From Callorhinchus milii (lineage: Eukaryota), in assembly GCF_018977255.1 (NCBI RefSeq), contig NW_024704742.1:119352001-119416000 (forward strand): 64,000 nucleotides of DNA, written 5' to 3'. The translations under genes and the position numbers were made by a program. The first letter of the stretch is position 1. The number at the start of each line of letters is the position of its first letter. This document shows, in pieces, positions 39,742 through 50,993 of the stretch. The notes below the pieces were generated by a model. It saw only the letters and a program-made list of their open reading frames with translations, did not search any database and had not been told where the DNA came from.

Positions 39742-40809
39742 AAAGAGCGTTGACAGGTCAAGGAGGTCTTCTGCTACCAAAAACATGCCCTTTAGCTTTA
39801 ACTTTTAACAACCCAGTAAATATTTTAGTAGGATTGACCAATATGGATTTCAACCCTAAGTTCTTCACATTTCTTCCCAAGCCTAAGAAAAGGAAAGCAG
39901 AAAAGAGTTAACAAAATAAATCGCTTGTCATTCTGTAGCCATTCTTGTTGGGTCCAAACACTGAAATCCTAAAGTTGAAAGGTATGTGGTTTTGCTGAAG
40001 TCTGAGTACAATTCACTCACAGTATTCTTAATCTTTTCTGTCATGCATATGGCGTGAGCTGCCTTCAGCCAGCATGCATTACCCTTCCTTCTTCACTTAC
40101 AGACTTGGATGTCCTTTAAGTGCACAGCTGCACATTCTCTTGTAAACTCAGTAACCAGCAGCAGTTGCCAAAGTAGAGAAGAAGCTTAAACGAAAAGGAC
40201 TTCTGTTCATTGCCTAAAAAAATCAGACCGAGAGGCATCAGAGAGATGGTCAGTGTTATGTGAGTTTCTTCCCGAACCCTCTGAGATGGTGCCTGCATGC
40301 CTGGATGAAAAGAAGTCAGAGCCAGAGCATTTTGTGCAGCACTCATTGTTCTCCAGTGAGTGGTGTGTGCTGAGTAAAGAAATAAATCAGAATCTACATG
40401 TTTAGTTTTTACATTTGCATAATCATAAAAGAGTTCTTTCATTCCCTTTGCGGGATATTCATTAAAGAACATGTGCATGCTGATTGTCTTTTGGCTACCA
40501 TTCATTTTTCACCTACTGCCTTCTCCAACTCATTCCTTTTCTTATTGCTCTTGGACAAGAGCCATGGCTTTGCAGTGGAAATAGACTTCCAACAAAGTTT
40601 AATTGTTAAGAAATGAAACTCAGTCCCTCTTCTGTGAAGGTTGCCTTCAATACATTTTCCGCCCCCACTTTTTGGTCATGCAGAGGTAAAACCAAGTCAA
40701 GGCAACTTCATGCCGCAAAGCACTGTTTTGACTTTTGTTCCAGGTCTGACAGTAAAATAAATCTGACGTGCAATGAAATTTATTTTTCAACTGTCTTTCT
40801 GACTTTTCA

Positions 40810-42530
40810 ATCCCTCTCCCCACCGCCACCAAATCCATCTCCATCTCCTACTGCCCTGGAAAAAAATCTCCCCGCAATCCTTCTACGCTGCCCTGGAGTC
40901 ATCTGAACTCCTCCCGCTCTGGCCTTTCACCGGCACTGATTTATCCTCCTCACTCACTCTCCTCCACAACTCCATCTCCACCACTCTTGATGCCCTTGCC
41001 CCACGCACCTCCCAAACTGTCTCCTACTCATGAACCCCACCTTGGTGCACCAGCCACCTCCTCTCCCTCAAGGGTCAGGTGTGGGCCACTGAACATACCT
41101 GGCTCAAGTCTGATCTAACAGTCCACTGGCAGATCTGGCTGGATCACATCAAAACAGGCTGCTCCGCCCTAGCCTCTGCCAAATCATCCTTCTACTTCAA
41201 GATAACCTTGGAGGCAAAGGACAACCCCAGGCTCCTATTCTCCTCCACCAACTGGCTCCTCGATTCACCCTCACACTCCTCGCCCATTCTCTCCTCAAGC
41301 TCTGACTGTGAGGAGATGCTGGATTTCCTCGAGTCCAAAATCGAGTGGATCCAATCAGCTGCCACTGTTTCTCCATCTCCTCCCCACACTCAGACCCTAT
41401 TCATTCCTGCCTCCACATTTTCGAACTTGTCTCCCCCTCCTCTCTCATCACTACCGTATCCAGCATAAAACACACCACCTGCTCCTTCAACCCCATCCCC
41501 ACCCCTCTCTTTACCTCCCAGCTCCACCTCCTCGCCCCTCTATTCCAACACCATCAATTCTCTCCCTATTGGCACTGTTCCGATTCCCCTCAAAACAGCT
41601 ATAGTCACCCCCATCCTGAAAAAACCTTCCCTGGTACCAGCCTTGCTTTCTAACTACCAGCCCATCTCCAACCTCTCTTTTCTTTCCAAGGTCCTTGAAA
41701 GAGTTGTTGCCTCCTAGCTTCGCTCATTCCTCTCCTACCATTCCCTTCACGAGCCCTTCCAATCCAGTTTCCGTGCTGCTCTGGTCAAGTTGACAAACAA
41801 CATCCTATCATCTGTAATCAGGGCTCTCTCTGCCTCCTTGTCTTCCTCAGCATCTCTGCTGCCTTCAATACCATGGACCATTCCATTCTCCTCTACCTCC
41901 TCTCCTCTCACCGCAACCTTCAAGGTTCTGTCCTTGAATGACTCAGGCCTTATCTCTCACATGGTCTACAATTTGTCTCCGCCAGTGGTTTCTCTTTCAG
42001 CCCCTGCACAGTCTTGTGTGGTGTTTTTCAGGGCTCTGTCCTCATTCCCCGCCTCTTCAACATGCAACCTTGGTGACATCATCCGCAGACATGGGGTCAA
42101 CTTCCACATGTACGTGGATGACACCCAACTCTATCTCCAGAGCCAACTTTCTACAGCTGAATGTCAGCAAGACTGAGGCTCTCCTGATTCACTCCCACCA
42201 GCACCTCTGCACCTCAGGCACTGGCAGCCTCAGCATCCATGGATGACACTGCAGATTACCAAGCCAGTCAGGAACCTAGGAGTCTTGATCAACCCTCAAC
42301 TGTCCTTTCTCCCCATATCCATACCATGACCCTCTCTGCTTCCCCCACCTCCGCAACATTGTCCTACTCCGCCACTGTCTTACCCCTCAGGCCACCGAAA
42401 CCCTCATGCATGCATTCGTCACCTCAAGGCTCGACTACGGAAACTCCCTTCTTGTTGGCCTCTCCAACTCTTCCCTCAACAAGCTGCAAATCATCCAGAA
42501 CTCTGCAGCTTGTGTTCTCTCCCGCACTGA
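40810..42530 (+). mobile_element. L2 LINE fragment (EN-RT linker plus RT), truncated at both ends
   Basis: [31 protein letters not shown] and [17 protein letters not shown]. Homologous to 59814-62460. Stops abruptly at ~42530. Confidence 0.92.
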
Positions 42531-43100
42531 TTCACCCTGCCGGGAATCAAACCCGGGTCTCTCGCTTGCTAGGTGAGTGCTCTAACCACGGAGCTACAGG
42601 AGTACCCCAACTAGGGGTCTCCAATACTTGGCTCTCGCCAACCTGTGCTTAATACCATTCCAGAATTAGCTTCTTCCCACTCAGCTCCTGTTAACCCTAC
42701 AAAGTCCTTGTAGGCAAGGGGTTCCTATCTGCAGAAAACTTGCCAGACAATTGCAAGCTATACAGTTTTAGCTGGTTAGACTCCAGTAGAATCCCAACAC
42801 GTGGGGTTTGAACCCACAACCTTCAGACTCAGAGACGTGCTACTACTGAGCCAGGCTGACACAAAGAGCATTGATAAAGTCAGAATTCCAGATTTCTACC
42901 ACCCTTTGAGTGAAAAAATGCTTCCTGATTTCACTCTTAAATGGCCTGGTTCTAATTTTAAGACTATGACCCCTTGTGTTGGAACATAATCCAATGAACG
43001 TTCCCCAAGCCTTGGTTCTCGCCAACCTGTGCCTTATATTCTCCAAATTAGGTAAGCAGGATGTGTCCCTCTAGAAAGAGAGTGCACACTCCATTCCAGA
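42530..43100. other. Mosaic of short repeat fragments, including two locally duplicated segments
   Basis: 42799-42882 resembles 39674-39760 including its non-SINE flank. 42882-43003 matches 44217-44338 with 3 mismatches in 122 bp. A SINE head and family X pieces are interleaved. Confidence 0.8.
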
Positions 43101-43867
43101 GATAGGGTAACAAATGGGAAAGGGCCATGTCAGTTTCAGAGCCTCGGAGCAACTCTGCTTGATTCAATGAGGTAGGAGTTTCAGACCCACCCGGGAGTCA
43201 ATCTCCAGGCAAACAGTTTCATGGGATCTCTAAAGTTCACCTGAACAGGCAAACAGGACCTTGGTTTAACGTTTTAATCTGGTACGTTTGAAAATGCAGC
43301 GCTCCCCTAGCACCTCACTACAGTTTCAGCCTAGCTTATGGTAGATCCTGGTACTTCAGTCAAATTACAGGAAAGCAGTCTGATTCATCACTGCTGTATA
43401 CCCACCAAGTCCCATTCAATGGATCATAACACGTGCAAATTGAGAGTTAACAGGATGACAACTGGAAGCCACTTGACCTTTGTTAAGAAGTGTGTTAACA
43501 AGGAACTGGGAACGGAAGCAAAGCCAGAAACACGTGTCAGAACAGCAATTTTATATCTTGGTTTAAAAATTTATTAAGAGAAAAGATAACATAATGGACT
43601 CTATGACTGGCATTAGGATTTCATTGTTGAACCAGGAAACATGTACAATGAGGTTTTTATACGAAAGTTACTCTGTTTGCATTGTAATGGAGATGACACT
43701 GACTTTATCTGTTGTATGTAATTATATGTAATTATATGGAATTGGCCTTTGTTCACTGGGTAATGCAGGATGCGTGTTAAATCTAGAAATGTCAGCTTTC
43801 TATTTCATTACCATTGAGTAATTATGTAATCAAGTACATCTAAACAGTAACCCAGATAATCTACAAC

Positions 43868-44465
43868 AATAATCCTTGCATTTGATACAGTGTTTTATCA
43901 CCTCATTGAGATGTCTCAAAGCGCTTCACGGGATTTAACTGTAGAGTGTAGGGATTGTATATTTGTAGGTGAATGTGGCAGTTAATTTGTACACGGCAAT
44001 GTCTCACAAACAGCCATGAAATGTAACATAGGAACATAGGAACAGGCCTGTTCCGCCATTTAATTAGATCATGGCTGATCTGTACCTCAACTAATCCTTT
44101 CAATTCCAATTTCCAGCTTTCTCCCCATATCGCTTAATACCCTGATCTACCAAAAATCTATCAACCTCAATCTTGAAGGTGTGGATGGATCCAGAATCCA
44201 TGGCATTTTGGGGGAGAGAATTCCAGATTTCTACCACCCTTTGAGTGAAAAAATGCTTCCTGATTTCACTGTTAAATGGCCTGGTTCTAATTTTAAGACT
44301 ATGACCCCATGTGTTGGAGCATAATCCAATGAACGTTCAGTTTTATCTGGGGGATTGTTGGAGAGGATACAAGGAGAAGCTCCCTTCTTTTTTCGAATAG
44401 TGCCATGGTATTTTTGATGGCCTCCTAAATAGGCAGACAGAAGTTCTTCTAACATCTCAACCAAG
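43868..44465 (-). mobile_element. DeuSINE-like SINE with a nested CR1 3' fragment (~44025-44327)
   Basis: SINE tail, then a CR1 tail (aacatagg)2 and TRGH-type coding region, then the SINE resumes (cagttttatctgggggattgttgg...gaatagtgccatgg). Confidence 0.8.
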
Positions 44466-44629
44466 GGATAAATATAAAACCTATCATGACAGGAAATCTC
44501 AGTAACTCAGTCAAAGATCACAATTACTCTGAGATCACTTGGCAACAAGTTGAGCCAAGAAGAGGTTTAGTTACCATCGTCAGATTTTACCAAATGTCAC
44601 CAAGGCAACACCAAGTACTTGCATAATAA

Positions 44630-44970
44630 ATAATAATAATCCTTGCATGTGAACATCTACAATGTCAAAATATCTCAAAACACTTTACAGGTAATTGCTG
44701 TAGAGTGCAGTGACTGTGTATTTGTGGGCCAACACAACCATATCCCACAAACAACCATAACGTTAATGAGATATTTATCTGGAAGATTGTTGGCCAAGAA
44801 ACCAGGGGAAACTCCCTTCTCGTTTCAATAATCTTGCCCAATAATGGCATGTGACGTTTAAAGTCCACCTGAACAGGCAGACAGGAAGACAGTTTAACGT
44901 CTCATCTGAAGGATGGTATGTCTGAAAATACAGGGCACCCCCAGCAATGTGTTAGAGTTTTAGCCTAGTT
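44630..44970 (-). mobile_element. DeuSINE-like SINE
   Basis: Tail plus gtccacctgaacaggcagacagg...gtttaacgtctcatctgaaggatgg. Confidence 0.78.
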
Positions 44971-47312
44971 TTGGGCAGATGCTGGCCCTTCTATATCATT
45001 AGATTTGCTGTTGGGCATTAAGAAGCCTCTACTATAATGGTACGAAAACCAGGGGAACACATAATAAGTCAGGCCCTGTCCAAGTCAGGAATCTACAAGG
45101 CACACACTTATTAGATGAAGTTGCCTGTTGAAAATGATTTCGAGTACACTCAGAAAAAAACTATATATTTTTTCCGTTGTTATGAATGGTGCCTTATAAA
45201 TGTTATGTTTTTTGTTGGTGTCATATCATTCAAAACTGCAGTTAAGGTAGTCGATAATGTTCTGTTTCGCTGGTCTGGAGTGCTACATATAATTAAATAA
45301 CATGGTGACCTAATCTCAGAAAATTTAAGTGCAGGTTGGCAAGAGTTGAGAGTTTCTGCCTCCTACTCATCCCTCGCACCTTCCAACCCACCATCGGAGG
45401 TCGCGCTTTCAGCCATTATGCTCCGAAACTCTGGAACACTCTCCCTCAAACCCTCTGCCTTGCCCCCTCTCTCCCCTTTTTCCCACCTGAAAACCTTCCT
45501 CTTTGACCGTGCTTACTTCCCCAACTGAAAACAAAAGTAACTTAATAAACAAAAGTAAGTATGGTTATACTTAGTTGTATTTTATAGCATTTCATATTGA
45601 ATATAGAAGATAACGCACTCAGCCTGCAATGTGTTGTAAAGTGATAAATATTAAATGGCTGAGGTAAAATCATACCTAAAACCTGCTACAGACAAACCAG
45701 AGTGTTAGAACCAAATCATGTGAGTTGACAAGACGGGACAGTAGAATTTGTTTAATTGAATAAAAGAAGGAAATGCCAGTGTGTGTAACTTAGCTTGGGC
45801 AACTGCAATCATTCAAAACAATCCTTCATTGGAAAATAGGAACAGATTATATCTTAATCTTCGAATCAGGGGAGAAGTGAATAGAGATGAGTTTAAGAGG
45901 AGATTAGGAGGGGTTGAGACTCATGTAGAAAACAAACACTGCCACGGACCAGTTGGGCCAAATGGCCAATTTCCATGCTTTAACGTTCTATGTAAAATTC
46001 TTTGTAATAAGACAGAAATGCTGTGATGTGGTAGACAACATATCTAAAATAGTTTATTTTTTTCAATTTCAATGGATCATTGTTGTGTTAAACTGATCAA
46101 AGGGAAGCAGATGTAGACGCTTCCTAAACCGCATCAGTGATCGTGCCTTTGGCATTCGGTCTGATCAAACACAATACGTGATCTCAATTCACCTTCCTTT
46201 GGTCTGTGCTGTCAGGTAATCTCTCCTGCAAAAGACAAGCAATCCCGAGGTGAGTGGCACTGTCTCCTTTTCCCCTGATCTCAGAAAACACCATATTGCA
46301 AAAAAAAATTCTGACATTTCAGAATTTCCAGTGAAGTATACCTAGCTCCATTGGGGGTGGGGGCGGGGATGGGGTCTACCCTAACCTTATTTAGGTCCAG
46401 CACTTTTGATCTGATACTGCCCACATACATGAATAGAAGTTGGCCAAAGCCAAGTATTTCATAATAATATTATCTATTAAAGCGGCCCCATAGTGTCAAA
46501 ACAAAGAAAATATGCTGAGGCTTTTGTAGTTCTATACTGTTGGGCTCTTATCTTTATCTTACGATCCACATGAATCACGATAACATTTTGATCTTAAGAT
46601 ATAAATCCTTCACCGGTCCCAATTAAATAACAATAATGATGAAGAATCAGCAGAATGGATTGCTGGCAGCAGGCACCACAGCAGCCTATGCAGGTTTCTA
46701 CAGGAAAGTCAGACCCACTGACTGCTTTTTTAGTTGCTCTTATTAACCTTTAGAGGCCTGCAGCAGGGTTTGTGCATCAAAATTGCTATTTACTTAGTTT
46801 CGTCCAAGAATATAATGAACTAAGGATTGTTCTATGGTTTTGCTCATATCTCTGATTCTGCTTTTTTCCTGAATAGAAATGTACATAAAAGCAGAGGTTC
46901 CATTTGAAACCTCAGCCATCATTAATCAAAGGTTGTTACCCTACAATGGAGCTTCCATTCTCTGCCATCAAAATGCATATTTCTGAAGTAGATGAGCAGA
47001 AATTTAATGCTTTACCACATACCATGACAACCAGCTAAATATGCATAGTCGGCGTCCTATGTAGGAGACATACTTTTTGTTGCTGATAACATTTCTGATT
47101 CACAAAGGCAGCAGGATAAGAAAGCACAGTTCCAATGTTGTGAAGGGCAGCTGTAGGACAAATCCCACAGTAATTTTGCCTGTCTGCTGGTTACATAGAG
47201 GGTAATTAACAACTGGAAGAGGTTATACAGTGGGTAATTACCAGTTGGAATGGGCTACTAAGAAGAATGGTTAGGAGCCAGAATGTTAAAGTGATTTAAC
47301 AGTTTGATACTG

Positions 47313-47612
47313 TAATAATAATAATCCTTGCATTTGATATAGCACTTTTCACGTCTTCTAGACATTTCAAAGCGCTTCATAGAATATAGTGTAAAGTGAA
47401 TTGACTGTATATTTGTGGGTGAAATGCGGCATCCAATTGCACACAGCAGTGTCCCGCAAACAGTCGTGGATTGAGTGACCAAATTATTTTTTTTTTAATT
47501 TTTCTTGAGGGAGACGTATGGAGTAAGGAAACTTGCCCAAGGTTTCACCCTGACGGGAAAGCTTGGGCAAGCTTCCTTACTCCATACGCCTGATGATAAT
47601 AATCCCTCAAGA
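47313..47612 (-). mobile_element. SINE (family A) with its head replaced by an inverted duplication
   Basis: Normal tail and body, then a 32-bp inverted repeat at 47515-47546 / 47557-47588. Confidence 0.85.
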
Positions 47613-47789
47613 GAGAGGGGAGGATGGTAGGTGAGACTTGGTGTATGGTAGGTGAGACGTAGGTGAGTAATGGGATGATGGTAGATGAGACTTCTGAAAG
47701 GATGGGCCAAGGGACCTCCTTCCTCTGTACCTCTAGATTCTATCAATGGGACTGTCTGTCTCCAGCAGCTTGACTCAGCAGTTGTAGCT

Positions 47790-48030
47790 CCCTGTGAGCC
47801 CTCCATGGCTTTGCTCCCTCCTACCTCTGCAACCCCTTAACCCCCTACCATCCTGCCTGCTCCATCTGCTCAGCGCACTCTGGCCTGCTTCACGTCCTCC
47901 ACCTTGCCCATCCCACCATTGGCAGGCGGGCCTTCTGCCACTCTGCCTTCTGTATCCTCTGGATCTCCACCTTGGGACGTCCTCCCGATGTGAAAGGCCC
48001 TATACACATGTAATTTTGTTGTTATTGTTG
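47790..48030 (+). mobile_element. L2 3' fragment
   Basis: tccatggctttgctccctcctacctc...ccttgggacgtcctcccgatgtgaaaggccctatac...ttgttgttattgttg. Confidence 0.8.
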
Positions 48031-48082
48031 TGATGTCACTGATACTTGCTGCCACAAGGACCAGAAACAAGGTCAGTCAAGA

Positions 48083-48383
48083 GTGTGTGCGTGTGCACGT
48101 GAGAGTATTGTGCAAGAGTGAGACAGTATATTTGTATATGACTGACTGTGTATGTCTGTGTGATTGTGTATATAGGTGTGTGATTGTGACTGTATTTCTA
48201 TGTGATCATTTGTGTGTGTGTGTGCTTGACAGTATGTGTGTGTGTGTGTGTGTGTATGGCTGTGACCTTGAATATGTGTGTGACTGGAATGTGTTTGTGT
48301 GACTATAGATGTGTGTTTGTGGCTATGTTTCCGACTCTGACCCTGTGCGTGTGAAAGAATACATCCACGTGTGTATTTTTGTG
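48083..48383. repeat. Degenerate (TG)n microsatellite
   Basis: About 300 bp of interrupted TG dinucleotides immediately left of the viral TIR. Confidence 0.9.
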
Positions 48384-48415
48384 AGGGAGATTTTATTAGG
48401 TGCTGCAAGAAATAC

Positions 48416-48551
48416 AGCAGCAGGTGGCAAATGGACCAATCATTTTCGGCCCGCCACAGTCCCACCCCCATTTTCCGCAAACAATGAACCCCTAAACTAT
48501 ACACCAAAAAGTAATACAGTAAGGAACAGCCCACCCCTCGCCAGCCAGAGT
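48416..48551 (+). repeat. Left terminal inverted repeat
   Basis: agcagcaggtggcaaatggaccaatcattttcggcccgccacagtccc...ccgcaaacaatgaacccctaaactatacaccaaaaagtaatacagt aligns by hand at roughly 80% with the reverse complement of 53084-53191. A further ~30 bp aligns after a short indel. Confidence 0.9.
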
Positions 48552-48603
48552 CTCTAGCAACTCTCGAAGGGCTTTATTGTATTAGTGCTACAAATGTTCC
48601 TAC

Positions 48604-48912
48604 ATGAACACTCAGTTAGAGATACAGTTTGACGATGTATATACCATCACGATGTGTAGACAATGCAACCATTGTGTCTGGATCAGGCTTGGTAGCACAG
48701 AGACCTGTGGTAAGAACTGTGTTAATGAATATTATTATTATTGTGCAGTACACGCTCAGCGAATTCGAAGAGGCGGAGGGACCTTTGCTTGTGTGAGGTG
48801 TGGGAAGAGCGTAAAGGTACGTTACTCCGTATGCGTGTCCTGCGGTGCTCAGGCCCTCCGCTCATGCCTTAAGCGGCAGAGACAAACTGATCTGCGCAAC
48901 AAATTTCTATGA
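48604..48912 (+). CDS. Small Cys-rich Zn-finger/Zn-ribbon protein of the viral element (102 aa, open frame)
   Basis: CRQC, CGKNC, CAVH, CVRCGK and CVSCG motifs followed by a basic tail. First gene inside the left TIR. Confidence 0.55.
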   Translation: MNTQLEIQFDDVYTITMCRQCNHCVWIRLGSTETCGKNCVNEYYYYCAVHAQRIRRGGGTFACVRCGKSVKVRYSVCVSCGAQALRSCLKRQRQTDLRNKFL

Positions 48913-48990
48913 CTCGCAACTATAGAGATGTAAATATTTGCCCAAACGCTCATTTGAAGATTTGCTCAGAAAAGTACGTAACCATAAAAC

Positions 48991-49932
48991 ATGGATGACC
49001 TTATTGATGAGATACTAGCGGAGTTTGAACCTGCACCACTGCAGGCACAGTTTATCGACCTGGACACACAGGTCCCTTCCCCTGTGAGGCTTCCAGCCGA
49101 CAAGCGGTGGATTGAGGTTCTATCTGATGCCAAAGACGCCTTTGCAGTCTTCTCTACCTGGAGAGTAGAAGGAGAGGACCCATTTGACATCGGTGACGTG
49201 AATGTTGCCCCTAGTATTAAGCTCAGAGCTGGCCGTATTGCTTTGGATGCCCGAATGGCGGACAAAAGAGCCACAGCTATCTTGCGCGTCTTACCAGAAG
49301 GTATACTCCGAATTAAGTTCCTCTGCAAGCGTGACAAAAAAACTGGACTGTGGAAGACAAGATTGACCCAGTACGAATAGAACGGCGAAGGGGCCAAGAG
49401 GTTGTCACGAAGGAGACTTCCCCTGGGTTCCTTTTAGGTATTGACGACGTCTACTACAAAAACGCATATCCGGTTATGGCTGTGGTGTATGATCTCTAGC
49501 CCCTCAGGAATGCTGACCCAGCCAACCTGGCCCCACTAAGAGACGGTGACCTCAATTGTGTGGCCTGGAGAGTGGTTGAGCACTTCGAAGGCATCCAGAG
49601 GACCGGGTCTTACCCAAGCACGCTGCCAAAACATTGTACGCTAGGAAGAACGAGTCCATCTACAATAATGGTAAATAGAGGGGGGTGGCAATGGATTTTG
49701 AAAGCCCATAGAGCTCATCATCCACAATGGCCATGCTTGGCCCAAGGACTTGCACTTCCCCTCCTCAAGACAGGTTCAGACATACAAAGGCAAAGTCTGG
49801 GAGGCTATCCAGGAACCCACACAAGGTCAACCGATTGCAGTCTGACTGTTGGGTTCTGGGAACAAGCAGCTAACAGTTGACCAATTTGTGCTCCAAGATG
49901 GTCGCATCTGTATTACCAAGGAAAAGCATGAG
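48991..49932 (+). pseudogene. N-terminal part (terminal-protein region plus OTU-like protease) of a putative protein-primed family B DNA polymerase; catalytic core absent
   Basis: 129-codon ORF, then frameshifted continuation ...LAPLRDGDLNCVAWRVVEHFEG...GLTQARCQNIVR*EERVH...IELIIHNGHAWPKDLHFP...LTVDQFVLQDGR. The DxxC (Cys 49557-49559) and HxxH (His 49732-49734) spacing resembles an OTU dyad. Family assignment is from memory, and no polymerase motif is present in the window. Confidence 0.6.
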
Positions 49933-50390
49933 GGTGTCGTTAAGTCCGGGTGCCCTTTCACTGATGAGTAAGGAGCTGAACTTTCAGTTGTCTGTGCCAT
50001 AAAGGACATACCTTTAGGGTGGTATGGCTGGTCAATCGTATAATATCTGCTGTTTGTCCAGTAATTGTAGACAACACCCAGACCTTCATTCTTGCTTTAT
50101 TTTGTATGCCAGTCAGTATCGGGGGAAACCACAAACTCTGTACAAACATGTTCATAGGCCTGCCTATCATATGCATTGTCAAAGGCACTCCAAGAACTAT
50201 CCTGTGGAAGAGTACACTGTATCTCAATGAATATTCTCTGAATCTGATACATGTGAAATACATGTGAAACAGAAAGACCGAGCTATTTGGGACATCTCCA
50301 GCCTGGAGCTGATCTTTCGTGGAAACTCCACATTTGTATTTGTGCTGCAGTTAACACCCCACCAGTAAGCAAATCAGAGGGGTGAACATC
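49933..50390 (+). pseudogene. Possible C-terminal remnant of a double-jelly-roll major capsid protein
   Basis: Heavily frameshifted pieces (SLMSKELNFQLS, KDIPLGW, GKPQTLY, NYPVEEY, KTELFGTSP/LELIFRG) loosely follow the order of Polinton MCP C-terminal motifs. Lies directly upstream of the minor-capsid-like gene. Confidence 0.33.
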
Positions 50391-50449
50391 TCCGGTCTAA
50401 TAGTGCACAACTTTATTGAAGGAATGGCTAGCAGGAATCATTCTGCATT

Positions 50450-50905
50450 ATGTAAGTAACATTAACCAACATCCAAGATGGAGAGGCAATCACCCTCCAA
50501 GAGTATATCAACAACCACAATGGGTCGTTTTGGGCTGGCCTCTGCTCGGTCGCTTATTGGGTCGGGTGGTACAACATTCTAGCCGGTGAAACCTTCCAAT
50601 AGCTTGCAACAGGGGAGACAACCAACATGCTCCACATAAATCCAGGACTCTACAATTTCAGCATGCTCGAACAACAACAACAAGATTACATTTGTATAGC
50701 GCCTTCCACGTCAGGAGGATGTGCTGGAAGAGCTTTTTACTAGTGGACTTTCTTGCCTGGTGCTTGTAGTCAGTAAAGCTAATGGAATCATAAATATGAC
50801 AATCCCGCCCGGCTATCAAGTACAAATTAGCCCCAGCCTACGGACATTCCTAGGCTTAGACAACGCAGGCTGACTCTCCGCAGGAAATTATGCAGGGGAA
50901 TTATG
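50450..50905 (+). pseudogene. Minor capsid (penton-like) protein pseudogene, 3'-truncated
   Basis: One frame reads M*VTLTNIQDGEAITLQEYINNHNGSFWAGLCSVAYWVGWYNI...INPGLYNFSMLE. After removing a 50-bp L2 insert and one TSD copy it continues ELFTSG...VSKANGIINMTIP...SLRTFLGL. The WYNI / IxPGxY / LGx pattern is typical of Polinton and PLV minor capsid proteins (from memory). Confidence 0.65.
50672..50721 (-). mobile_element. 50-bp L2 3'-tail insertion with an 8-bp TSD inside the minor capsid gene
   Basis: caacaacaacaagattacatttgtatagcgccttccacgtcaggaggatg is flanked by tgctcgaa (50664-50671) and tgctggaa (50722-50729). Confidence 0.85.
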
Positions 50906-50993
50906 CAGCCCCCATGCTGGCCCGGAGGCTCTACTAACAAAAATGACCAGTTTGGCTTTTAATTAGGGGCGTGAGGTACATATGGTGATGGTT

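Noticed and set aside
40116..40616. 129-aa ORF in unique sequence
   Set aside because: No recognisable domain, splice context or codon pattern; consistent with chance.
47618..47692. Short tandem gtaggtgag repeats resembling splice donors
   Set aside because: Simple local slippage repeat with no associated exon.
48405..48415. Target-site duplication for the viral element
   Set aside because: The left flank (gaaatac) and right flank (cagctgg) do not match at any boundary offset tried.
48030..48557. His/Thr-rich and Cys/Val-rich ORFs
   Set aside because: Translations of the degenerate (TG)n microsatellite.
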